A stretch of 64,000 bases of DNA from Octopus sinensis. Its lineage: Eukaryota. The DNA is taken from the NCBI RefSeq assembly GCF_006345805.1, contig NC_043020.1, forward strand, positions 26,722,001 through 26,786,000. The letters run 5' to 3'. Positions 1-13,113 of the stretch are shown here, in pieces (positions within the stretch are counted from its first letter, which is position 1; each line of letters begins with the position of its first letter). The position numbers and the translations under genes are program-made. Under the pieces are notes generated by a model. That model searched no databases and was not told where the DNA came from. It worked only from the letters and a program-made list of their open reading frames with translations.

Positions 1-11
1 AGTTGATGTCA

Positions 12-260
12 AGGTGTATGTAAGATTGTGGTTTCAAATCCTGGACCAGGCAGCACATTGTGTTCTTCAGCAAAACACTTAATTTCACGTTGCTCCAGTC
101 CACTCAGCTGGCAAACGCGAGTAATCATGTGATGGACTAGTGCCCCATCCAGGGGAAGAATATATATCTGCCAAGAAAACCAGTCCTGTGAATCTCCATG
201 ACTGAGGAAGGATCTAAGCTGAATCCACCACCAAGATAAAAGCATGGCACATTGGACAAT
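12..260 (+). mobile_element. Degenerate SINE with Meta-like central domain
   Basis: Contains tgtgttcttcagcaaaacactt...ttgctccagtccactcagctggcaa, shared with copies at about 8180 and 36993. Confidence 0.55.
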
Positions 261-768
261 ATACACCGAGGTACACTATGTAAGTGAAGTAAAAATAAAA
301 AGCCATGATGGTCAAGAATGGAATACTTTTGATAAGAAGACTATGCAATCAGAGCAGATACTGGGACCTGCTTTATAAGCTAATATCCCTATTTGTGGAT
401 GTTTGACCTGCTATAAAATGCACCCAAATCCCATTCTGAAATTTCATGCCATCCAAAAGACAAACAAAGAATTGATGGTTGCAGCTGGACTGCATAGTCT
501 TGAGTGGCCTTGGGCTGAACAATAAGATGACAAATGACCACAATAAGTCAATGTGAGACTGCACTGGATTTTGCCATTAATCTTTCCTATTAATTGTTCT
601 CCGAAAGTAAAGCCTTCTTAAGTAGTGAATTACAGAATAGAAGACATTTATAGAAAATGAATTAGAAAGAAATATATTTTAATACGTGTGTGTGTGTATG
701 TATGTACAGATGTTTGTGTGTGTGCATACAAGCATGTATGTATAGGTATAGACATTTGTGCGTGAGTG

Positions 769-779
<11 letters not shown>

Positions 780-802
<23 letters not shown>

Positions 803-1006
803 GATGTTTGTGTGTGTGTGTATACATATATATGTACATGTTCATATATGTATGTATATGTTTGAGAATTATGTATATAGCTATATATTTACATGTGTGT
901 GTATGTATACATGCTTGTGTGTATACATACATATATATGTCTATGCATTTATGTACATACGTATACTAAAGAATATACACATACTGCAACTATATATATG
1001 TATGTG

Positions 1007-1037
<31 letters not shown>

Positions 1038-1115
1038 ATGTTTATGAATATATATATATATAAACATATGCATACACACATAATGTTTGTATGTATGTGT
1101 GTAAGTGTGTCTTGC

Positions 1116-1162
<47 letters not shown>

Positions 1163-1781
1163 TATATATATATAATATATATATATATATTCATATGCAT
1201 ATGTATGTAGTCTTTAGTTATTTAGGACTAATAAAGGGAATGAAAACGCTGTATGGAATAGCCTTAGCAGAGTTCGCATTTAAAAGTCCAAAATTTAAGA
1301 ATTAAACTTAGAAAGAATATCAAATTTTCTATAGATTCTAAACAACACAATAATTTTTAATAAATTTTTTTCTTTAAGAATTATAAAATACATTTTTAAC
1401 TATATTTTTCTACTCATTTTCTATCTTTTTTTCTTATATATATATATATAATATATATATATATATAGATGTTTGTGTGTGTGTGTATACATATATATGT
1501 ACATGTTCATATATGTATGTATATGTTTGAGAATTATGTATATAGCTATATATTTACATGTGTGTGTATGTATACATGCTTGTGTGTATACATACATATA
1601 TATGTCTATGCATTTATGTACATACGTATACTAAAGAATATACACATACTGCAACTATATATATGTATGTGTATATATATATATATATATATGTGTGTGT
1701 ATGTTTATGAATATATATATATATAAACATATGCATACACACATAATGTTTGTATGTATGTGTGTAAGTGTGTCTTGCTAA

Positions 1782-1814
<33 letters not shown>

Positions 1815-2110
1815 TATACATATATATATATATGTATACATATATATATATTCATATGCATATGTATGTAGTCTTTAGTTATTTAGGACTAATAAAGGGA
1901 ATGAAAACGCTGTATGGAATAGCCTTAGCAGAGTTCGCATTTAAAAGTCCAAAATTTAAGAATTAAACTTAGAAAGAATATCAAATTTTCTATAGATTCT
2001 AAACAACACAATAAATTTTTAATAAATTTTTTTCTTTAAGAATTATAAAATACATTTTTAACTATATTTTTCTACTCAATTTTCTATCTTTTTTTCTTAT
2101 ATATATATAT
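780..2110. repeat. Tandem duplication of about 661 bp bounded by (TA)n
   Basis: The unique core ATGAAAACGCTGTATGGAATAGCC occurs at 1240 and 1901. Copies differ mainly in microsatellite lengths. Confidence 0.9.
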
Positions 2111-2219
2111 ATATATATATATTTAGATATTTATATGTATATATATATACTTATATACTTTTAAATTTTTTTTTTTTTTGAATGTGTGTCTTCTAAAACT
2201 GCTATGATTTCTAAACTAG

Positions 2220-2280
2220 GTGAACAATGCCACTGCCCGTGTTATGACCAAAAAAGCCGTTAACCCCGCAATTCCAAATG
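2220..2280 (+). CDS. Rbfox: Rbfox (Fox-1 family) coding exon: end of RRM, VNNATARVMTKKAVNPAIPN; upstream exons lie outside the window
   Basis: TAG acceptor ends at 2219 and GTAAGG donor starts at 2281. The translation matches the Rbfox RRM C-terminal signature (E)VNNATARVMTxKK. 61 nt, phase 0 in, phase 1 out. Confidence 0.93.
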
Positions 2281-2890
2281 GTAAGGTACCGTTTTGTTCT
2301 TGTCTCTTTGAAGAGCAGAACAGAACAACACATAAAACAAGCAGCAATTTTTAATAAGAAAGAGGACAAAAAAAAAAATGAAGGACAACAGTTATTTTAA
2401 TGAGAAATGAGATTTTGATGGGGATGGGGTCAGAATTTGAGAAATTGGTTAACGCCAAGAAAATACTAAATTTTCTTTTTGCAAAATCCAAAACACAAAT
2501 ATTTACCCTCCTCCTTTCCATCCGTGACCATCTCCATACACCACTGGAGAAGAAAAAAATTTGACTAATCAACAGACAAGAAAAATCTTTATTCGAAGTT
2601 TGGTAATACTGACTCTTTACTCCTGCCCTGGTCTTTTATTCTCAATTTTTTTTTCTTCCTCACCCTGTAATTTCAGCTGAACCATTCCTTACTTCAAGAG
2701 AAACAAACCACCTGTTCGTATATAAAAAATATACACAACAACCTCCCTTTCCATGCAATAAGATTCATCTCTTTTCCCCGTTCTCTGACAGAATCTTTTA
2801 AATATAATTCTATATATTTATATGTAATTTTTCTTAGTTTTTATTTTTTTTGTTCCCTTTAGTATTCAGTTTTAAACTAAGATCAATTAT

Positions 2891-3089
2891 TTAACCTTTT
2901 CATTACCATAAAATAAAATAGATTTCTTTTTTTTTTAATTTACAAAATAACGAATTTAGTAAAATAACTGTCATTATTAAGTTAGCGCTTGGAACATAAA
3001 TTAATGTAAAATTTAGCTCACTTTAAAACAAGGCTTTTATATCTAGAGTCAGGTACGATCTCAGACAGGTTGTACGAAAAATGGGTTAA
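2891..3089. mobile_element. Degenerate TTAA-flanked (piggyBac-like) MITE
   Basis: Ends are ttaacctttt... and ...gggttaa. Internal sequence is shared with 18426-18655. Confidence 0.5.
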
Positions 3090-6000
3090 ATCACTTAAAA
3101 TTAGTTATGGAAACATTCTTATATGTGTTTTTTAAATTTCTTAATCAAACAGTAAATTATTTTTTTGACAATTGTCAGTTGTTTATAGGGCTAAATAAAT
3201 AAAAATTATTCTTACTATAAATATGAAACTTTACTGGATAATACAGCTTTACAAGGAATGTGCTTGATAACTTCCATAAAAATTTAAGTTAGAAATGAAA
3301 ATTTTATCTGACTTGAACTATTTAAAAAAGGGTAGAGGTGGGTATCTGTGCCTTTTTTATCCTATGGGCATATAATATATACCAGCACGTCTTCCTTCTT
3401 CAGCTGGCATATCAGCTAGCTGGTTAGCTATTTTGGGAATGTCAGTAAATATGTTAGCTTTAAGGAGTGTATAGGAATACTATTTTAGTTAAAACTGATT
3501 TAATATTAATAGTTAAGTATTAATATGTTTAAGATTCTCTTAAATAATGAGATGAACTGATTCCTTGAGAGAGTTTTAAGAGAAAAAAAAAATTCAAAAA
3601 TATTAAACAGATATTTATTTATATATTTGTATGTGTGTGTGTGTATGCTTGTGTATGTATAAATATGCTTGACTAAAATTCTTGACTATACAAACTTTTC
3701 AGCTAATTAATTAATTCAAAAAAATTAATTAAAAATTTTTTCATTGCATCAAATATCTTTTGTAGCTTTTCCTTTTTGTTACTAAATTGAAAATGATCTT
3801 TTTTTTTGTGTTTGTGCTTGTGACGATATGTCATATATTTAATATATGTGTGTATATATATATATATGTGTGTGTCTGCGTGTATGTTTGGCATAATATG
3901 CATATGTGATATGTATGGAATATATAATATGTATTTCTTAGTTTTATAATGGCATGGCACAAATTACCTTTTCAATATTTAGTTATGTCTAGTGATGTTC
4001 TTTCTAAGTTCACCTCCCTTGAAAATCTACTCTGCATTGCAACCTCTCAGGGTCGATAAAATGGGTACCAGTAATATACTGGGATTCACTTTAATCAACC
4101 TTTTGCTCCTGCAATATTCTTTGCCTTGTGCCATTGTTAGAAATCATTATATTATATATATGTCTCAATACATATGAATGCTATATATATATACACTCAT
4201 ATATATAAATATATATGTTCATCTATATATGTTATATATATATAATATATACATATATATATAAAATGTAATATATATTATGTGTATAATGTATATATAT
4301 ATTTATATATGTATGTATTTTTGGCTGTATATATTATGTAATGTGTATACGTGTGTATTGTATTATATCATATATATATATATATGCACATATATGTATG
4401 TACTTGCGTATGTTCTCAACAACCCAAGTGATATTTGGTGCTATTGAAAAGTATTAAATCGCATGTTTGTATAGTTATGAATTGAATGCTGCATATTTAT
4501 ATACACATCTCTATATACATTACATACATACATAAATACACTGGCCTTTGTTAATTATTAATGCTCAATAGCTGAAATGAAATTTTAGCCACTCTTCTAA
4601 TCATACTAGACTATTTAATTTTGTCTTTCATGATTTCAGTAACATATCTTTTTTATTATTATTATTATTCTAGTTTTGTAATATCTCTCTAATATTTTTC
4701 CACCAATGGTATAATGGCTTTTTACACAATATGGCCATCACTTTGTATTTGCGATTACTATTAGGAATAGGATTGCTGTTGGAAGAAAATGTGACATTTT
4801 GAGTCAGTGAACTGTGTCCAGCTAAGGTAAAGTCTGTTCTTTGAACTGCTATATGCAAGCCAGTAGAAACTAAATATAATTTTTTTCTGATATTAGTCTG
4901 TGCCAGCAGTATTTAATTCTCATACTGAAGATTACTATGTGGTATACCCAAAGATTTTAACCATCATTGTGTTCATAAATTGATTAATTTTACTAATACA
5001 TGAGGCAGTCATACAAATCTCTCATGTGAGGTTGGTTGATAAACATGACAGACCTTTTGAATGTTTCATATGCCTTAGTAAATTTAATTCATTTAATTAA
5101 TTCATGAGTTCACTGATGACTAAATTCCTTTGAGTATATTTCATAGTAATCATTCAGATATATAATTTATAAAGTCAATTTTCTAGAATCCAAATTAAAT
5201 AAATGAAAACTTTCAATGTTTAAATTAGTTAAAATAAAAACATGAAATGATATTTCTACAGCCTTAATTTTAAGCATTGGCAAAACGCCAAGAATTCTCG
5301 TCTGGGAGACAAGATAGATTAAAACGTAATAATTTGGGTAGTTAGAACATAGTAACTTGGGTACTTTACAGATACTGTAAATAGATACACAAATTATGCA
5401 CAAGGTGCTTTGGTTTAATGGTTAACATAGTCATCAGGATTACAACAGACACTTTTGGTTCTTGGTGCAATCCCAGCGTGCATTTCTGCACATATTTTGC
5501 CCACCTTAGGTTTGCACTTATGAAGTGCATTCTTGAATTGAATTTAATGTTGTATTGTTACTAGAAATCTCATTGGCTGTATCATCTAAAGAAATTATGT
5601 AAGTGTTCATAAAAAGACAGAAACTATAGTATTGTTTTAAGGAAAATTAAATTTTAAAGTTTTTAATGTAAAGACACTTAAAGTAAGCTAGTCTAGGAAT
5701 TTCTCGATAAAATTCCTTGAAAGGGGAAAAAATACTGGGAAGTACAAAATTCTTAAGCAAATAATATAATTTAGGAAATATAAAATATAGGAAGAAACTC
5801 TGTTAAAGTAAATAGATCAAATTAATTTGTTGTAAATGAATTTTCGACTTTTACGAATTTCTATAGAATTATTAATAACTATCTGAATGATTTTTTTTTT
5901 TTTTGCTAATCTTACAGATCTAAGTAATTATACTCTGACTAACAAATTTTACTTAATCTACCATCTGATATATATGTATATGTGCGTGTGAGTGTATATA

Positions 6001-7242
6001 TATATATATATATATACATACACATACACAAGCATATACATATATAAAATGGAATGATTTAAAAAAATGAAATAAGAAAGAAATTTATATATATAAAAAC
6101 TTTTAATTTTACCAATTCTTTTCAAATTATTAAACCATTTTTCTTTTTGGACTTAACGTTTTTCTAATTTTTTCTTTTCTTTTCTTTACACTTCTCTCTC
6201 TGTCTCTCTATCTCTCTCTCCATATAGTAATATTAATTAATTGGTAGTTTTATTTTGTTTTTTTTTGTGAATGTGGCTGATTATCAGGTTGAGCTACTCA
6301 ATTATTTCTTTATTTTAATTTAATTTTTTTTTTTTATTCCTTTCTTAAGTTTGATCCGTCTTATCTTAATGTGTGTACGCATGTTAGCTATTTTGATGCC
6401 TACACATGTCACCCTGTCCTCATCATTCAATGCAAGAATGCAAGACAATGTTTTATTTTTTATTTAATATTTTCAACTTCCTTTCCTTTCTTTCTCGCCC
6501 TTCCATTGCCCCTTACTGTCTTGATATCCTTTCAAAAGATTTAAAAATTTAAAAGAAGCTATAGTCTTACATCAGCAAAGACGGAAACACTTTCTTACTC
6601 TCTTAAATTCCTTTTCTTCTTATTTTTTTTTTACTGCAATATTTACTCATTTCTGTTATGTTTCAGTTATTTTTAAAATAATATAGAATTTGAAAGACAG
6701 ATTTAGGAAAATAACTTAACATGAAATACAGCAAAAAAAAAATGCCTATATCAAAATTACATAGAACATGCAACAAATTTAAATATGAAAAGTACTTGAA
6801 AATTAGTAAAAAAAACATAGTTATCATTGAACTATAAGTGGCCTTAAGTGATTTGCTTTCAAAATGAACACAGTTGGGACACAATGTAAGAAAATAAATA
6901 TTGCATAAAATTCATAAGAAATATTAGATTTAGATGTAAGAATAACTTTAATATTAGAGGTTTAGTATTATAAAACGAGCTATTCTGAAGTAGACAGGTG
7001 TTAAAAGATAGGAACTGAGATTAATACATATAGATGTATATGTAACAAACAGAAGAACAGAGGTACTGGTATAACATTTATTCCTTACCTACAGCTGTTT
7101 CTATAGATTTGGCAAACATTAATATAAGCAATGACTATTTAATGTTATATATTATATAATGTAAAACCAGTAATCATTTCAAATAAATTAATAATATAGT
7201 TAATTAAATGTATATATGATATTTATTATAGTTAATAATTAT

Positions 7243-7397
7243 ACCCACTACACTCTCGGAGTGGTTGGCGTTAGGAAGGGCATCCAGCTGTAGAAACATT
7301 GCCAGATCTGACTGGCCTGGTGCAGCCTTCGGGCTCCCCAGACCCCAGTTGAACCGTCCAACCCATGCTAGCATGGAAAACGGATGATGATGATGAT
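7243..7397 (+). mobile_element. 3' fragment of a non-LTR retroelement/SINE with a (GAT)n tail
   Basis: gagtggttggcgttaggaagggcatccagc...acccatgctagcatggaaaacggatgatgatg recurs at about 20230(-), 30330(+), 32950(-) and 41160(+). Confidence 0.75.
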
Positions 7398-7890
7398 ATA
7401 TATATATATATATATATAAAATGTTTGAAAGAGGTGATATATACAATGTGTGATCAGATCTAGTTCATATATACATGACTGTCAGTGTAATTATTTGCAA
7501 TATTTGTGAGAAGTTTACTGGCACAAAAGTCAAACCATGAGACAAGAATGAAATGTGTTTGACTAAGTGTATATATTCTGAATTAAAATTGTGCCAATAG
7601 AGACTTTGCTGTCCATTCTTCTCATGGCAGTAACATACCAGTTATCTGCTATGCTCAATTATATTGACCATTGTCTCAACTAAATTTCTGGTTTTTTTTA
7701 CCTAGGCAAGAAGCCATTTTCTAAATTCCATCTGAATTTCCATGATATACAGGCTTCTTTTAATGCTTGTCTATATTTGTCTCATCTTCTTATAATGGAT
7801 AAAAGCAATCTGATAGCTTTACCCTTTTTTCTTCTATCATGAAGAAAAACTTTTTGATAATACAAACACATGTATAGATGTGTGTGTTTG

Positions 7891-7927
<37 letters not shown>

Positions 7928-8174
7928 AGGGGATATTATTCCAAAATTACAGGGAAAAATTCAATTTAGAAATACTAAATCAAATTTCACAAAATATAAT
8001 ATATATATATAAATTAGAAAAAAACTCCACCTTTTATCAATTCGATAATGAAAAATTAAATTATACCATTTAGAAAGATTACATATTATAGAAAGATTAA
8101 ATATAAGATAAAACATATAACGATGATTAAGTAATGTGCAAAATAATAAATAAAACATATATATATGTATATAG

Positions 8175-8470
8175 GTGTATAGGTTAGGGTATCTAGTTCA
8201 AGGTCGTATGGTTAGGAATTTGATTCCTGGTGATATTTAGTGTCCTTGTGCAACCTCAGTCCAGCCCACTCAGCAGGCAAAACTGGGATGTACTTGTAAT
8301 TCAAGGGCTGCCCTTGTCACATTCTGTGTCACACTGAATCTCCCTGTGAACTACGTATGTAGAGTACGCATGTCTGTGGGCTACTCAACCATTTGCACGT
8401 TAATTTCACGAGCAGGCTTCTCTGGTGATCGGATCAACTGGAACACTGGTTGTTGTAACCATGGAGTGTT
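8175..8470 (+). mobile_element. tRNA-derived SINE (Meta-like family)
   Basis: Aligns by eye with the 36993-37315 copy (gtgtccttg..., gtcacattctgtgtca, gaactacgt, taatttcacgagcaggct). Confidence 0.7.
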
Positions 8471-9686
8471 ACTTGAATATATGTATATGAATACATTCGC
8501 TGTGTGTATGTGCATAAACATACATGTATTGAGTCCATCAAATAATTTCTCTTTAAAATATATGACAGATTTGATCATTTATAGGATAAACAAGGAATTC
8601 AATAGAAATTAGCATTAAGATAGGTGGTCTTAGATTTTAAGTCGAGGAATATAGCAAACCAGTCTTTTTAAAATTTATATTTACACTATACCCCTACCTT
8701 TTTAACTTTCTCTTTCTTCCCTCCCTGTCTCATTTTATTGACCATGTCCAGTTTACTTGCCTTCCTACCTCTCCCTCTTCACTTCCTTAGACTTGATTCT
8801 GAATTTCTGCCCCTTTTGCACCCATTGACATATATTGGAGACAGACACGAAACAGACCTGGTTAGTAAGGGTACGTCACTGATCGACAAAAGGACTTTGA
8901 TAAACTTAGTTGATTGACTGATTAACTGAACAACTACGCAAACATCTAATTAGTTAATTGGTTAAATGGTTGACCAATTAATTAACACGAATAAACGAAG
9001 TGAAATAGAAACAGTGCATGTGTTTACTATTGACATAATGACCCTTCCAAGTTTGCGTATCTCGACAATTTGACATTCAGTCTAAGTGGATAAAATCTAT
9101 AACAATAGACACCCTACAATACATATACCCTCTGCCCCTCCCCTTAAAAAAAACATCTGAAAATTTAAAACCAACAACAAACATATCTGATTTTAATTGG
9201 TGCATCATTCTGTGTCCGTGTGCCTAGTTTTTCTACGTCAATGCCGTCTGCTGCATGTTATATGTGATGTTCCGTTCTGCCTTGATTAAACAACATTATT
9301 TTTTTCTTATTATACATATATATATATACATATTTTTTCTTTATTGACAATTCATTATCCCTCCTTTGTATCTGTATGTGTATATATATATTTATATATA
9401 TATAAATTTAAATGAATATATATGTGCATACATGCATAAACACATATGCATGTATATATATAATATATATATACATACACATACACTCATATACACACAC
9501 ATATATATACATATAATTATGCACTTAAACATGTATTTTTGCGTACACATGTGTGTGTATATATATGTACATACTCGTGTGTATGTATATCTATTATAAC
9601 TAACGAATCTGTTATCTTCAATTCAAATTTGAAGAAAAGTAATACTTTAAAAGCATGACCTAAGTATGTAACATATATATACATAC

Positions 9687-9726
<40 letters not shown>

Positions 9727-10499
9727 TGTGTGTATATATATTGTGTATATATATTGTGTATATATATATATATATATGAATTTTTATCTTTGTAAAAAGA
9801 AATTTCTTAGGGAGGAAAGTTAATTTAGTTTTACACTTACACGTGTATACATGCTCACGTGTGTATATAGATGATGTGTATGTGCGCATATATATATATA
9901 TAAACACATATATGCACATGTTCACATAGGTACATAAATAAAATATCCAATAAATGATTTTCATATCATTTTTTTTTTAACAAGAAAACTTATGGAAGGT
10001 TTCATAAAAAAAAAATATTTTCTGCATATATATTTTTTTTTTCATATGGCCCCTATTGTATCTTGCTTGTGAAACCTGGAACTTTTTAAAATTTGATTTT
10101 GTAATTTTTTTTTTCTTAATTTTTTTATTTACCAGTATTTTAGTATTTATTCTTTTTCTTGGTACACACTGTTGATATAGCTTATCTCATAACTCTTAAT
10201 ATTTTAACCCCTTTTTTTTTAAACATAGCAATGAATGAATAAATCTCCCCCGTATGTTTTTCATTTCTTTCCTTCTTACTTTTAATATTACATACTCTGC
10301 AATATCTTCTCCTTGCATTCACTTTGTCTTTCCAACATGTTTATTCAATTCGTTTGAGTTTATTTCTTTTTAATACGTTGCCATTTGTAATTAGCTAATT
10401 AAGTTTCTACAGTTCTTTCATTCAATTACTGTTATTAACAAACCCTAACACAAACTGTAAACTGCCCTTGTGTTGCTCATCCCTCTCATCTGAAGCCCC

Positions 10500-11380
10500 T
10501 ACGACAAATAAATCTTAGCTGCATTTCATCTGTGTTTACATTCCAGGTTCAAATTCTGCTGAGGTTGACTTTGCTTTTCATCCTTTTGGGGTCGATAAAA
10601 TAAGTCCCATTTTAGCACTGGTGTCAGTGTAATCAACAAGGCCTTCTCACAAAATTTCAGGCCATACACCCATAGTAGAAAGGATGTTTATTATTATTCT
10701 TATTTTAATCATTATTATTGGCAGGTGAGCAGAATTGTTAGCATGCTAAGCAAGATGCTTTTGAGCATTTCATCCATGTTTATTTCTGAGTTTGAATTCT
10801 GCTGAGACCTACTTTACCTTTCAGGGTTGATATGATGAGTACCTAGCTGAGTACCGGGGTTGATGTAATTAACTAGTCTCTTCCCCAAAATTTCAGGCTT
10901 TGTGTCAATAGTAGATAGAATTTTCATCATCATCATGGCAAGGTGGTAGAACCATTAGTACTTCTAACGAAATGCTTAATGGCACGTCTTCCAAGCCTTT
11001 ACTTTCAAAGTTCAAATATCTCTCAGGTCAACTTTTATCTTCCATTCTTTCAGGATCAATAGAATAAGTACCAGCTGAACCCTGGAGGCAATTTAATTAA
11101 CTTACTTCCTCCCCTAAAATTACTGGCTTTCTGCCAAAATTTGAAGCAATCATCATCTTTATCATCATCATCATAGAGTGGTTAGATTCCTAGATACTGT
11201 AAATTCTTTGCAGTGTTTCTTCCAGCTCTTTACATCCTGAGTTCAGGTTCCAACATTGTCAGTTTTGCCTCTCCTCGTTTTCAAGTCAGTAAAACAAGGT
11301 ACCAGTCATCTCCTGAGGCCACTGGTAGTAACTACCCCTCCTCTCAACATTGGTGGTCTTATGCCTAAGTCAGAAACCAT
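10500..11380 (+). mobile_element. Cluster of degenerate SINE copies with a Deu/Nin-like domain
   Basis: Repeated gttcaaattctgctgagg..gactttgc.tttcatcctttt.gggtcgataaaataagtacc motif, with copies separated by (ATT/ATC)n. Confidence 0.7.
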
Positions 11381-12088
11381 CATTATTATACCTTTTTCTC
11401 TTTATTTTTCTATATTCCACATTAGTTCTTACCTCGTCTCCTCATTATTAGTCTGTCTCTCAAAAATATTATATCTTCATTAATTAATTTAATTATAATT
11501 TGTATATGTTCTTTTTCATTTAAATATATATATTTTACCATTTTCTGTGTATCATTTTCTATACATCTCTCTTATTTTGTTTCTCTTTATTTATATTCTT
11601 TGCTCTTTACCATTTCATTTCATTCCAACTCAAAGAAAGAATGAAACAAAAATTAAAACAAAAAGAAAGCCAAAACTCTCTTTCTTAAAACATTTTTAAT
11701 TAATAAAATTTGAGATTAATTAATTGAATTTAAAGAAGAATACACACAAAATTTTTCTTCTTGACATCTTTATTCATTCATTTCTATTTTAATATGACCA
11801 TAATAAAGTGTGTGTATATGTATATATATACATATATATATACATATATATATATATATATGTTCACACACACTTGTATGTATATATGTACGCACACACA
11901 TATATATATGTAAACATGAATATATATATGTGCGTGTGTGCATACATATTCCTACTTATGTTTGTACACTTGGAAATTTGTTTAATTTAATTTTGACATA
12001 CTGGCTGATTAGACACGAGTATAATGTATTGAATGTTCTAGCATGTTTTTATCTCCCTCTCTTGATCATTATTCACTTCACATTGCCT

Positions 12089-12107
12089 TGGTCTGTTGGG
12101 TATCTTC

Positions 12108-12145
<38 letters not shown>

Positions 12146-12304
12146 GGCAGTGAGCTAACAGAATCTTTAGAATGCCAAGCAAAATTCATAGCAGAATGGT
12201 CTGTTGGGTATCTTCAGTTATTGTTATTATTATTAGTAGTATTATTATTATTAGGCAGTGAGCTAACAGAAACTTTAGAATGCCAAGCAAAATTCATAGC
12301 AGAA
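12089..12304. repeat. 108-bp tandem duplication
   Basis: tggtctgttgggtatcttca...gcaaaattcatagcagaa starts at 12089 and at 12197. Confidence 0.85.
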
Positions 12305-12626
12305 TTTTGCCTGTCTTTATATTCGAAGTTTCAATTTCACAGAGCTTGACTAGTATATATTCTATTTGTTCCCTTTGCTGTGCTGTTAATTTAAAGGATG
12401 CAAACAAAGCAATACCAACTGTCAAGCAATGGTAGGGTACAAATACTGACAGAGGCATCTATTCTCCTCACCTGCTTTTTCAGGTAACACTGGTACTTCA
12501 ATGCAATTAGCACTCTCTCTTCTTCACCACCTCTGTATTTACATAGGTCTCTGTATGTGTCTGAGTTCATCTCTCTCTCTCTCTCTGTCTATATATATAT
12601 CTATATATATATATATATATATATAT

Positions 12627-12832
12627 AAACAGGAAGCTTTATGAAAATAAACAAAAGACGAAGGCAGGTGGAAAACAAACGAACAATTGTATTAGTATGG
12701 CGCTCAGGAAATATAAATAAAACAAGTCTTTAACGTTTCGAGCCTACGCTCTTCAACAGAAAGATACACAGAGAGAGAAAAACACAGAAAGAAGGAGAGA
12801 AAAAAATGCGTGCAGTAGCTAACGAATCAACA
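12627..12832 (-). mobile_element. Probable Penelope-like element terminal-repeat fragment carrying a minimal hammerhead-like motif
   Basis: Non-microsatellite block inserted in (TA)n. Minus strand 12764-12727 reads TCTTT-CTGTTGA-A-GAGC(GTAG)GCTC-GAAA-CG-TT-AAAGA. Confidence 0.5.
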
Positions 12833-12906
12833 TAATGTATGTATGTTTATATATATATGTATGTATGTTTATACATATGTATATATGTTTATATATATAT
12901 ATTATA

Positions 12907-12937
<31 letters not shown>

Positions 12938-13072
12938 GCATATATATATATATATGTGTGTGTGTGTGTATATACACATACACACACTCATATATGTTAA
13001 GCATGTATACACATGTATATTTGTGTATGTATTTTAATTCATAGTTGTGCAATTAGAATTTTATATATATAT

Positions 13073-13113
<41 letters not shown>

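Noticed and set aside
648-1966. Many Y/I/C/V/M/H/T-rich ORFs here and throughout (e.g. 16533-17075, 31163-31712, 41661-42744, 52389-53280)
   Set aside because: They are translations of (TA)n/(TG)n microsatellites, with no protein-like composition or splice support.
6320-6385. Poly-T tract plus AAG acceptor at 6349 as a possible microexon
   Set aside because: Immediate TGA in the required phase and only weak donors; no supporting evidence.
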